Origin: Planctomycetota bacterium
Lineage (GTDB): Bacteria; Planctomycetota; SZUA-567; H5-PLA8
Assembly (NCBI GenBank): GCA_038227875.1
Contig: JBBRPR010000011.1
Coordinates: forward strand, 1 to 64,000
Direction of reading: 5' to 3'
DNA: 64,000 nt
How positions within the stretch are numbered: position 1 is the stretch's first letter; each line of letters begins with the position of its first letter. The notes under the pieces are model-generated. The model was not told the origin of the DNA, ran no database searches, and saw only the letters and a list, made by a program, of their open reading frames with translations. Shown here piece by piece: positions 1 to 9,493 of this stretch. The position numbers were made by a program, and so were the translations under genes.

Positions 1-154
1 CCCTGCAAAGTTCGAGCTTTGCGGGGACCTGCTGTTTTTATAACCGTCCGAAATCTTCTGCGGCCTACTGACCGCATCGGCGCAGATTAGCGCGAGAATT
101 ACTGCTGTCTACGATGCAATACTGTGAGAGCCCTGACACCATGCGCAGATTGAA

Positions 155-1867
155 ATGACGCCAGATGGAAAGGTCTTCGTCAAGGACTTGGCGACCACGG
201 CTGGCACGCAAGTGAATGGCAACCCGGTTCGGTCGGCAGAACTCCACCATAACGATGTCATAACTGTTGGTCGGACGAAACTGGTCTTTGTCCAACAATC
301 CCTTGCATCAACAGCGCCGCAGATTCAAGTGACCGCCGCTGCCGTCGCATTGCCATCCCCACTACACGCGAAAACCACCGCGCCACGTCGCGCACTTCCG
401 CGCAAGCTGATAGCGATTGGCATTCTGCTCTTTCTCGGTCTGATTGCTGGTGGTGCTGGATATTTGTTTGTGCCAAGAAAAGGAACCACAAAGACCGCCA
501 GCGCTTCAACGGCATGGCACTGCATTTCCGGTGCCTGCACTTATCGAAATGGCAATTCCAATTTGCAAGTCTCGCTTTATCGGGCTGACTTGTCTCCCGA
601 AGATTGCACCGCTTATTACCAAGCGCAGATTGAATATTTTCAAAGCATCGCTCAAATGGGAAATAAAATGAAGGACGCTCTTTCCCAACGCGGCTACAAC
701 GTCCAATCCGTAAGAACTGCCACGGAATCATTGAAGGCATACGAGCGTTACCTTGTGACGGATTCACCACTCCGCAAATCCGTGAAAATAAAACTGGATA
801 CGTTGACCGGCACGTTAGCGACGATGATGAAAGGCGAAAGAAAATTCTCCGAAATTGAACCCATGATTGCGGAACTCCAAAGTGCGATGTCCGAACACAA
901 GCCCGTCCAGCTTGATAAACTGCGCGACGAACCACTGGCAAAGCGCATCTTGGTTGACAGCGTGTTGAACCATCGAATGCTTTACACCGATACCGTTGAG
1001 AATGGAAAGTTTTCGTTTGCCAACGCATCCCCCGGCAAGTATCTGGTGTGGGCAGTGCCGAAGGGCAACGGCTCCGAAGGCTGGTTCATTCCCGTCCAAA
1101 TTGCTTCCACCGACCCCACAGTCAATCTCACCAACGAAAATCTCTCGTCGCTGATTGCCACCACGGAGACATTGAAGGAACAAACCGAAGCATCCTTGGA
1201 ACTGACACTCCAAATGCCTGTACTTGACGAATGGGTCGGTGAAGAGTCGGCTGGCTTATCCGTCATCCAGAAGACCTTGCCGCTGCGAACGGACATTGGC
1301 AATTACCTTCACAGCGCCAAGACATTCGAAGCCAAGCCTTTTGCCGAGAACGTGGGTAGATTCCATGACGCGCTTCCCACGAATTTCTCCGCTCCCGAAT
1401 TCAATAGCGATGAATACAAGACCCTCAAGTCGGTACTGGATTTGCTTAGAAAGACATCCACAGCGGCTTCAAATGCGGTACAAGACTACCAAGGGGCAAT
1501 TCAGTTCTCAGACATACTAATGAAGGCGGAAGCTGCGAGAGACTTGGATACTGGCATACGAGCATCGAGCCGTGCTAAGGAATTTATGGACTCCGTAGCC
1601 GTGAACAATACCGACTGCGAGCAGAATATGAATGATGCCTTAACTATTGTCCATGACAGTTTCTTGCAGTTTCCGTTTGACAGCGTAAAGAACTCCACGG
1701 TGATGATGACACTTTCGCTGGATAAACAAATCGCTGAACTGAACCGGATTCTTTCGCATTCCCAAGCGCCGCAGCAACCACAGCGCAGCGCGACAGAGCA
1801 ATCCATTGATAAAGCTGTTAGAACAATGCGCCAACCACCCGCGTCCAGCCCAAAGAAGAAAAAGTGA
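155..1867 (+). CDS. FHA-domain single-pass membrane protein, 5'-truncated
   Basis: HHAQIE...VKDLATTAGTQVNG...NDVITVG is the C-terminal half of an FHA domain; TM LIAIGILLFLGLIAGGAGYLFV; GKFSFANASPGKYLVW prealbumin-like motif; in-frame TGA at 134-136. Confidence 0.7.
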   Translation: MTPDGKVFVKDLATTAGTQVNGNPVRSAELHHNDVITVGRTKLVFVQQSLASTAPQIQVTAAAVALPSPLHAKTTAPRRALPRKLIAIGILLFLGLIAGGAGYLFVPRKGTTKTASASTAWHCISGACTYRNGNSNLQVSLYRADLSPEDCTAYYQAQIEYFQSIAQMGNKMKDALSQRGYNVQSVRTATESLKAYERYLVTDSPLRKSVKIKLDTLTGTLATMMKGERKFSEIEPMIAELQSAMSEHKPVQLDKLRDEPLAKRILVDSVLNHRMLYTDTVENGKFSFANASPGKYLVWAVPKGNGSEGWFIPVQIASTDPTVNLTNENLSSLIATTETLKEQTEASLELTLQMPVLDEWVGEESAGLSVIQKTLPLRTDIGNYLHSAKTFEAKPFAENVGRFHDALPTNFSAPEFNSDEYKTLKSVLDLLRKTSTAASNAVQDYQGAIQFSDILMKAEAARDLDTGIRASSRAKEFMDSVAVNNTDCEQNMNDALTIVHDSFLQFPFDSVKNSTVMMTLSLDKQIAELNRILSHSQAPQQPQRSATEQSIDKAVRTMRQPPASSPKKKK

Positions 1868-2093
1868 GGGTGACTATGATTTACCATCCGAACGAATTCA
1901 GCAAGCGCAGCGCAAAACCCACGTACAGAGTAAGCGTCGAAGAGTTGCGCGCAGCAATTTAAGGCTTTGAGCGCCGGGAGCGTGAACGACAACGGCGGCG
2001 GCAGAGAATGGCGGCAATTTCTCGTCTGATTGCGACAAACAGCGCACCGTCGTGTACACTCCCTCCCTGTTCCATCCGAGAGAGGGAGAGAGC

Positions 2094-2495
2094 ATGGCAA
2101 AACGATTGACGAAACGGACCATCAATAAAATTCACGAACTCAAAGCTGCTGGTTTGAACGGCGTTGCGATTTCCAAGGCTGTTGGAAAATCCAAACCCAC
2201 CGTCTACAAGGTGCTGCATTCCGCGCCGTCATCGAATGGAGCCGGAGCTACAACCACCGTTTCCGAATCTGCTCCCTCTGCCGCGCCGAAGAAAACGGGT
2301 CGTCCAGTGGGGTCCAAGAACAAGGCAAAGCGCGGGCGACCGGCTGGCTCATTAAAACGAGCGACTAACGGTACGTCAGCCATGCACACGGCATCGCTTG
2401 CGGATATTGAGAGGATAGTGCAGGCAGAAGTTGACCGCCGCCTTGCAGTGGCGTTGAAAGATGCACGGGAAGCTTTGGAAGCGGCGCTGGTTTAA
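2094..2495 (+). CDS. Small basic DNA-binding protein: HTH plus two AT-hook-like GRP motifs
   Basis: Purine-rich RBS before ATG 2094; IHELKAAGLNGVAISKAVGKSKPTVYKVL HTH; KKTGRPVGSKN and KRGRPAGS. Confidence 0.75.
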   Translation: MAKRLTKRTINKIHELKAAGLNGVAISKAVGKSKPTVYKVLHSAPSSNGAGATTTVSESAPSAAPKKTGRPVGSKNKAKRGRPAGSLKRATNGTSAMHTASLADIERIVQAEVDRRLAVALKDAREALEAALV

Positions 2496-2750
2496 TAGCG
2501 CCGTTTACCGGCTCAAAGGCTGTTCCACGTCGCGTCCGCGCCGAACGCACTGGCTCGAATCAGGGTGTACATCAAGACCACGGATTGCGCACAAGGCATC
2601 GCGCTTCCGATTTATCTTCGTCAATCACCACCGTTAATCTGCGGGGATGGCTCATGCCTCTTGCTACAATAAACTCACTGCCAGCGATGCCACGTCCTCA
2701 GTCGGACGCTTACGCTACAATAACCAAGGGGCACCTTGCATTCCCCTGAT

Positions 2751-4709
2751 TCATCGACCTATTTGAGAACGAATAACGCTAAGTGCATAATCAACATTCT
2801 TCTTAACGACGGCTGGCAACATTTTCTGATTCCGCATCAAGTCTGGTTGCACGAGAAAATCCTCTTTAACCAACTGGTCGAACGAATCATTGATGAATTT
2901 CTTTGGTGGGTCTGCCATATTTTTTAAATCAACATCATTCAAGGATAGTGATGGCTTTCCGCCATTATCGGCGAGCAATTTTAGGTAGAGCCTTTTCAAC
3001 TCCAATCCAGAGTCGAGCGCAAGAGCGTTCAGTCCCTGCGGGGTCGGCGCATTGCTTGTAAAATCAATGTGAGCTCGGGCAAGCCGAATAACAATCCCCC
3101 TCAATTCGGTTTTAGTCGAATCCTGCTGTTCAATTTGCTGCTGCTCCTTAGCAATTTTAAGCTTATCTTGCTCAGTGGGTTGCGTTACTTGCTCTTTCTC
3201 AGGTTGGGCGGGAATTTCCGTCTCTTCTTTGGAAGGTTTTTTCGTCTCCTGACTGAAAGAAAGATTAAGTGATTTGAGAAATTCGTTGCGTGAAATTGGC
3301 TTGTCAAAGAAGAAGCTGGATAGCACCAAACAGATTGAGGCCAAAAATATAATAGTGATAACGTACATAACCATCACACCAAGTCTTTGAAGATTCTTGT
3401 CGTCTGGTCTTAATGTGCGAAATAACCACAAGATAAACATCGCGACAATGACAGCGGGACCGCCAAATATTCCCAATGTCCAAGATTTTAACAGGGACGC
3501 GAACAATAAAACGGAAATAACGCCAACCACGCCCCACAATATGTTTAAAGTAGGCTCCTTTTGAGTTGCAGTATTCAATACCTTTAACGGGTCTGACGTT
3601 ATAGTCGGTAGATTCTCCTCACGCTGCCCCTTGGGCCTCTCACGCGCCTGTCGTACGTTCTCGTTGAATAGTGAAGGTGTCTTTAGTTTCCATGCATCTC
3701 TTGCTTTACTCCATGCAAGTTCAGTATCTTGCGACACTGCATGTAGGCTCGCAAAGAACTCTGGATACTGGCCGTGTATGTGACGAATTTCGTCTGCTCC
3801 GGCTGGCGTAAATGATTGGTTAGTAGACGGTCTAAGTCCCGCGACGGACATTGGGTCAGTGCCTTGTATTCTAAGGCATCCGTACACGGCAAGTTCGCTT
3901 GCTCGTTGCTCCAAAACAAGTGCTTGTTCACCATCATCAACTAATTTCAATAAATGGTAAAGTATCTTGCGTATGGCCTTGAGATGGCGCACCTTTTCGG
4001 AGTCTGACTGCCCCTTCCCCATCGTTTCGGCAATTTCATTAAGTAATTCTAATTCCTCATTCATTGATTTTAGATTTTCCTTAGTGAAGGCTAAGACTGC
4101 TTTCTCTCCGGCTGGCGTGATGGTGTAGTAAGTGCCCTTTGGAGTGTCGTGCCGTTCAAGAAACTTTGCTTGTAAGGCAAAATCGATTGCTTGGTTTACG
4201 AACGGATTCACTTTGAGTTTCGTGGTGCCTTGTAGATGTTTTCCAGAAAAAACAATCGCTTTTGTTGCCTCAAGACGTAAATCATCATGATAGATGTGGA
4301 CTTTTCCTGTCATCCGAATTTCACGCCAAACATAAACAACCCATTCTGCTAACGGCTTTGTGTCCGCAATTTGCAGGTCATTTGGAACGCTAATATCAGG
4401 CTGTCTTTCATTGCTTTGCTTTAGCCAACTGAGACCTTCATTTGTAATTCGGATTGATTGCTTTAGGTCGTGAACACAATCTGGCATCGCACCAAGCACG
4501 TGAATATGCCCACCTTGTCGCAGCATTTCAGCAGCACCCAAATATTGGCTTGCGGTCATTCCCGCTTCGTAGCAGCACTTCTCTCCTGTAGTCCAACCCG
4601 GGGGAATTGGTGGGCTGCCGGATGAAAATGGATTTGTGGCTAACGAGTCAAATCGGGCCTTGAGATACGTGAGCAAGCGTAGTTTTAAGTCGTTAACGTT
4701 TTCCGGCAT
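2751..4709 (-). CDS. Hypothetical protein with tandem winged-helix-like modules and about 3 TM helices
   Basis: 652-aa low-GC ORF 64 bp after hsdR; wing motifs ITNEGLSWL and ITPAGEKAV; three hydrophobic segments at about aa 390-468. Confidence 0.7.
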   Translation of the reverse strand: MPENVNDLKLRLLTYLKARFDSLATNPFSSGSPPIPPGWTTGEKCCYEAGMTASQYLGAAEMLRQGGHIHVLGAMPDCVHDLKQSIRITNEGLSWLKQSNERQPDISVPNDLQIADTKPLAEWVVYVWREIRMTGKVHIYHDDLRLEATKAIVFSGKHLQGTTKLKVNPFVNQAIDFALQAKFLERHDTPKGTYYTITPAGEKAVLAFTKENLKSMNEELELLNEIAETMGKGQSDSEKVRHLKAIRKILYHLLKLVDDGEQALVLEQRASELAVYGCLRIQGTDPMSVAGLRPSTNQSFTPAGADEIRHIHGQYPEFFASLHAVSQDTELAWSKARDAWKLKTPSLFNENVRQARERPKGQREENLPTITSDPLKVLNTATQKEPTLNILWGVVGVISVLLFASLLKSWTLGIFGGPAVIVAMFILWLFRTLRPDDKNLQRLGVMVMYVITIIFLASICLVLSSFFFDKPISRNEFLKSLNLSFSQETKKPSKEETEIPAQPEKEQVTQPTEQDKLKIAKEQQQIEQQDSTKTELRGIVIRLARAHIDFTSNAPTPQGLNALALDSGLELKRLYLKLLADNGGKPSLSLNDVDLKNMADPPKKFINDSFDQLVKEDFLVQPDLMRNQKMLPAVVKKNVDYALSVIRSQIGR

Positions 4710-4773
4710 TTCGGACGCTCCGCCTTATTTTTGCGCGACTCTGAGAAGCACGCGGTCGTTCCTCAAAACTATT

Positions 4774-7746
4774 TTAGCCGTTAGGTTTGGTGTAGATAAA
4801 TTTCTGGAACATGTACGCTTGGAACATCGCGGCAAAATTGGGGTCTTCCTTAAATTTCTTGTACAGGTCAAAATTCGAGTCAATCATGTCTTCCATCGTT
4901 TCGCCGAAGGCCGAATCGAACGCCAGCTTTCGTGTTTCAACAGAAGGATTCACGAACGGGTCCAGCTTCTCTTTAAGAACTTCGTTCTTGTCCAAACGCC
5001 GCTGCATATCGTCGGCAAATCCTTGAACTTTGTCCTTCGTGGTGAATTCCGTGCCGAAATTTTCGTTGATGTACTGAATCAGTTCCGAAAGTGGCGCAAA
5101 GTCCCTTTCCTTTGGCTTCGCCGTGCCCAAATCTCCAATTGGCTTCAACTCGCCATCTTCCGCCAGCAGTTTTATTGTGCCGGTGCTGGTTGTCTGGATT
5201 CGGTAAGAATCCATGTTTATGTTTTGCATGAGTTCTATGGGCAACTTGTCCGATGACAACGGTAATCGGATATGCCGGGTCAACTGGTAAAACTTTTCAA
5301 GTTCGGCATCCGCAAACCTAATGACCTGCGCCAAAAACGCATACAGCCGAACAAAATCCTTTAAATGGCTTCGGAATGCTGCTTGTTTGTCCGGGGTCTT
5401 TGCTTTGAAATTATCAACGATTGGATTGAGGATGGCGTGCAGCTGTTCTTGCTTACCTTTTTCCGAGAAATAGATTTTTGCAAAGGCGTCCACGTCAGCC
5501 TTGTTGAAGACATGGTAGTCTTCGAGCATACGCTTTAGGTCATAAAGCTTGTTGGGGTCCGTTTTCTCCGTCAGTGTGGTGCTCTCGTAGTAGGGCTGGA
5601 AGGCTTTCTGGATGTCGTCCGCGTCGTTGGTAAAATCCAAAATGAACGTGTCTTCTTTTTCGGGCGGACAGATTCGGTTCAAACGGCTTAGGGTCTGGAC
5701 CGCATTCAGCCCGGTCAATACCTTGTCCACATACATTGTGTGGAGCAGCGGTTGGTCAAATCCGGTTTGAAATTTCTCCGCGACTATCAAGAAACGAAAT
5801 TCTTTGCCCTTGAATGTCTCGGCGGTCTGGCTTTCGGGGAAGCCATTCATTCCAGATTCCGTAAATTTCATGCCTGTGTCGGGGTCCAGCACTTCACCGG
5901 AGAACGCAACGAGTGCTTTGTACGGGTACTTTTTATCCTTTAGGAACTTGTCCACGGCCTGCTTGTACCGCACAGCATGGAGCCGGGAGCGGGTGACAAT
6001 CATCGCCTTGGCTTTCTTGCCAATGCGGTCACGCACTTGCCCGTGGAAGTGCTCCACCATGACTTCCACCTTCTTGGCAATGGCATGTGGATGGATGTCG
6101 GCGTATGACCGTAGGAGAAAGGTTCCTTTGTTACGCTCGTACTGCGGGTCGTCTTGAACTTTTTTGATAAGAGCGAAGAAAATTTTCAACGTCGTGTAGT
6201 TCTTCAACACATCCAAAATAAAATTTTCTTCAATGGCTTGGCGCATTGAATACAGACTGAACGGCACGAACGTTCCATCGGGCTGTGGCGTCCCGAATAA
6301 TTCGAGCGTCTTGGCTTTCGGTGTGGCAGTAAATGCGAAAAAGGAAACGTTTTTCAAGCGCCCCCGCACCTTCATTGCAGCTTCCACAGCTTTGTTGATT
6401 TCGTCTTCTTCGCTGGATGATTCCCCGCCTTCTGCTTTTTCTGCCGCTTCCAATGTCTTTGCTGTCAAAACTTCCTTGAGCGCCTTATTGGTTTCGCCAC
6501 TCTGCGAACTGTGCGCTTCGTCGATGACCACCGCGAACCGCTTTCCAGAGAGCTTGGTGAGCTTCTCTGCCACGAACGGAAAAGTTTGCAGCGTGGTAAT
6601 TATGATGTCCTTGCCTTGCTCAAGCGCCTTCGCCAATTCCTTCGATTTTTGATTCTCGATGCAGGTCACGACGCCGATGACCTGTGAAAAACTGCGAATG
6701 GTTTTTTGAATTTGCCGGTCCAGAATCCGCCTGTCGGTGATGACAATGACCGAATCAAAGACCCGTTCGTCTTTTTTGCTGTGCAGGCTCGCCAACCGAT
6801 GTGTGAGCCAAGCAATGCTGTTGCTTTTGCCACTCCCGGCGCTGTGTTGAATCAAATAATTTTTGCCGTCCCCGGTCACTTTGGCATCCGCAACAAGCCG
6901 CCGAACCGCATCAATCTGGTGGTAGCGCGGAAAAATCTGCTTTTTCCGGCCAGTGGGTTTGCCCTTGTCGTCCTCTACATCTACGACCTGCAAAAAATGC
7001 TGAATAATTTCGAGCAGACTATCTTTCTGCCAGACTTCTTCCCACAGATAGGCAGTCTTGTAGCCGGTCGCGTTCAACGGATTCCCCGCGCCCTTGTTGC
7101 AACCCTTGTTGAACGGAAGAAATTGAGTGCCGCCGCCCTTCAATTCGCTCACCATGAATATCATTTCAGGGTCCACGGCAAAGTGTGCCAGACAACGCCC
7201 GAATGAAAGCAGCGGCTCCTTGGGGTCACGGTCAAACTTGTACTGCTTGATTGCATGTTCGACGGTCTGATGCCTCAACGGGTTCTTCAATTCCGCCGTG
7301 ATGATTGGCAGACCATTCAAGAACAACATCACGTCGATGCTGTTTTCATTTTTGGTGCTGTAGTGGACTTGCCGCATCACGCTGAAAATGTTGCCCTGAT
7401 AAAGTTTTTCGTGGTCTGGATTCAGCGTGGATTCTGGCTGGAAGTAAGCAAAGTCGAACTTACAGCCCAAATCGGTGATGCCTTTGCGCAGTACGTCAAG
7501 TGCGCCACGGGCTTCGATTTCCTTGACCAATCGGCTTAGAAATCGCTCTTTGACTTGCTCGCCGTGCTGTTGCTTCAATTTCTTCCATGTCTCCGGCTGC
7601 GTCTTCTCAATGAACTGGAAAAGCTGGTCGCGGTCTAAACATGTGGCGCGGTCATACTGCTCTGGCTTGCGCCGAATGAAACCATTGGCAACAAGATGTG
7701 CCTCAATGCTCGATTCAAAATCCTTTTCGGTCGTTTTTGTAGCCAT
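4774..7746 (-). CDS. hsdR: Type I restriction endonuclease subunit R
   Basis: DVMLFLNGLPIITAELKN nuclease motif, HSAGSGKS, DEAH, FTATP, TGFDQP. Confidence 0.97.
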   Translation of the reverse strand: MATKTTEKDFESSIEAHLVANGFIRRKPEQYDRATCLDRDQLFQFIEKTQPETWKKLKQQHGEQVKERFLSRLVKEIEARGALDVLRKGITDLGCKFDFAYFQPESTLNPDHEKLYQGNIFSVMRQVHYSTKNENSIDVMLFLNGLPIITAELKNPLRHQTVEHAIKQYKFDRDPKEPLLSFGRCLAHFAVDPEMIFMVSELKGGGTQFLPFNKGCNKGAGNPLNATGYKTAYLWEEVWQKDSLLEIIQHFLQVVDVEDDKGKPTGRKKQIFPRYHQIDAVRRLVADAKVTGDGKNYLIQHSAGSGKSNSIAWLTHRLASLHSKKDERVFDSVIVITDRRILDRQIQKTIRSFSQVIGVVTCIENQKSKELAKALEQGKDIIITTLQTFPFVAEKLTKLSGKRFAVVIDEAHSSQSGETNKALKEVLTAKTLEAAEKAEGGESSSEEDEINKAVEAAMKVRGRLKNVSFFAFTATPKAKTLELFGTPQPDGTFVPFSLYSMRQAIEENFILDVLKNYTTLKIFFALIKKVQDDPQYERNKGTFLLRSYADIHPHAIAKKVEVMVEHFHGQVRDRIGKKAKAMIVTRSRLHAVRYKQAVDKFLKDKKYPYKALVAFSGEVLDPDTGMKFTESGMNGFPESQTAETFKGKEFRFLIVAEKFQTGFDQPLLHTMYVDKVLTGLNAVQTLSRLNRICPPEKEDTFILDFTNDADDIQKAFQPYYESTTLTEKTDPNKLYDLKRMLEDYHVFNKADVDAFAKIYFSEKGKQEQLHAILNPIVDNFKAKTPDKQAAFRSHLKDFVRLYAFLAQVIRFADAELEKFYQLTRHIRLPLSSDKLPIELMQNINMDSYRIQTTSTGTIKLLAEDGELKPIGDLGTAKPKERDFAPLSELIQYINENFGTEFTTKDKVQGFADDMQRRLDKNEVLKEKLDPFVNPSVETRKLAFDSAFGETMEDMIDSNFDLYKKFKEDPNFAAMFQAYMFQKFIYTKPNG

Positions 7747-7766
7747 AAAAGCCTTAGCCTTGGAAC

Positions 7767-8132
7767 TTAGTGCAGCAGTCCCTTCGCCTGTTCGGTCATC
7801 AACTGCACAAGCACTTGTTTAACAACATCAATTGACGCTCCGCCCATCTTAGAAACAACACCTTTGGCTTTCGTCCACCTTGAGTCGTCTCGTGACGACT
7901 CAATGAATTCATACCCTTGCCATGTAATTCGATTTGGTATTGCTGCGGGCGTGGAGCTACCCATTGACGTTACCTTAACGCCGATTATCAAACCTGCTTC
8001 CATCATCAGTAGCACATGGAAGCCAATTTGGTCTTTGGAAAATCCGTCAAATTTCAACTCTGGCGGACTACCCGTTGGCGCAGATTCGAGCGCCAATAAA
8101 ATGTTTCGGACTAAATCCATGTCTCGCTTCAT
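7767..8132 (-). CDS. DUF2513-like winged-helix protein
   Basis: MKRDMDLVRNILL...HVLLMMEAGLI...ITWQGYEFIE...W pattern; 4-bp overlap with hsdS stop. Confidence 0.8.
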   Translation of the reverse strand: MKRDMDLVRNILLALESAPTGSPPELKFDGFSKDQIGFHVLLMMEAGLIIGVKVTSMGSSTPAAIPNRITWQGYEFIESSRDDSRWTKAKGVVSKMGGASIDVVKQVLVQLMTEQAKGLLH

Positions 8133-9493
8133 TGGGCAATCTCCCTTACGTCAATCTTGCCTGTGACCGCCGCCGAAATCACGGCGGTGCGGAATTCTCG
8201 GAGCCGTTCGATTTGGCAATTTGCTTTAGAAATGATGCTTTCAAATATTTTTATTTGAGAATCCAGAAAATCGGCAATAGCGTTCTGTTCGTCGGGCGGT
8301 GGGCGAAGGGTCCACAGTGCGCCGATTCGGTCGATGTTTAGATTTAATTGCGTATTCAATACTGCTGTGCTCAACAATTCTGGTTTCATAGCGGTGAAAA
8401 GATGATAAAGGAAATTGAGACAGTTTTCGCTTGTGGGTACGAATCCAACAATGCTGTCGGGAAAACACGCTTCAAAATCCAGAATTGCCATATCACCAAT
8501 GTTGGCAGCTATGGTCATCACAAGCGTCCCTTTTGGAAACTGCTTACTCACAGAGAATCCTTCTTCATTAAGCGTCTGCGTAAACTCTTTGACATACTTT
8601 TGCGCAGAAGCAATATCTCCGGTTTGAATGAACGGGTACGGTCCATCGTACATGCGTGGGTCGTTTCGTGGCCGGTGGGTAAATTTGCCGCGCACTATTG
8701 ATGCAAGATGCTTTATCTTTTTTATTTCCCAATGCGCTGGAATCTTCCCCAACCACTCGATGCCCGAATCTTTCATCGGCACATTCGGCGAAAGACCCTT
8801 GGTGACGGCGTGGCTGATAAGAGCCGACCGCTTCTCTTCCAGAATCTCAATCAAACGCTCTTTCTTGGAAATCACGGCGTCAATTTTGGCTGTTTCATGG
8901 TCAAGGAAGGCGGCGATTAAAGATTGCTCATTCAGTGGCGGTACCAAGAACCGCGAATTATCAATGCTGTCTATGCCGATTCCGTATCTTGTAATCCCAT
9001 TCGCCATAACTCTGAATTGGTCATTCACGCCACTTGCAGAAAACGCCCGAAATAAGTACCGGCCATCCATTACAGTCGGGATAGTTCGAATTTGAGCAAG
9101 GTGGTATCCACACAGTACGTCGGGTAATGTAGCCGGAACAAACGCAGACACCGCAATATCATTCCATTCTTCGGAATCTTTTGTTATTAACACATCGCCT
9201 TGTCGCAGTGAAAATTTTCCAATTTCCACTTTAGTAGCCGTGGCGTTCATAAGCTCTAAAGCGGGGGTGATGTAGTCATTATGGTATACATCAACGTAAT
9301 TGCAGAGCCTTACCGGACGCTCGCCTTCACTTGAAAGCTTGTCTACATTACTACAAGTCACCTTTGCAACATGCTTTAATTTGTGAACCATCCAGCTTGC
9401 AGGAATTTTATCGAACCATTCAACACCGCTCTCTTTGTACGATGAATAGGGTCGCCATCGGTTTAATTTTGATTTTGTGTCCATACCGTTCAT
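8129..9493 (-). CDS. hsdS: Type I RM specificity subunit S
   Basis: Two TRDs; repeated K(E/D)SG(V/I)EW..KIP..W and PP..EQ..IA.FLD. Confidence 0.96.
   Translation of the reverse strand: MNGMDTKSKLNRWRPYSSYKESGVEWFDKIPASWMVHKLKHVAKVTCSNVDKLSSEGERPVRLCNYVDVYHNDYITPALELMNATATKVEIGKFSLRQGDVLITKDSEEWNDIAVSAFVPATLPDVLCGYHLAQIRTIPTVMDGRYLFRAFSASGVNDQFRVMANGITRYGIGIDSIDNSRFLVPPLNEQSLIAAFLDHETAKIDAVISKKERLIEILEEKRSALISHAVTKGLSPNVPMKDSGIEWLGKIPAHWEIKKIKHLASIVRGKFTHRPRNDPRMYDGPYPFIQTGDIASAQKYVKEFTQTLNEEGFSVSKQFPKGTLVMTIAANIGDMAILDFEACFPDSIVGFVPTSENCLNFLYHLFTAMKPELLSTAVLNTQLNLNIDRIGALWTLRPPPDEQNAIADFLDSQIKIFESIISKANCQIERLREFRTAVISAAVTGKIDVREIAQ

Noticed and set aside
8129..9493. Phase-variable hsdS shufflon driven by the nearby recombinase
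   Set aside because: No second hsdS or TRD and no flanking inverted repeats seen; the internal similarity is the normal two-fold HsdS repeat
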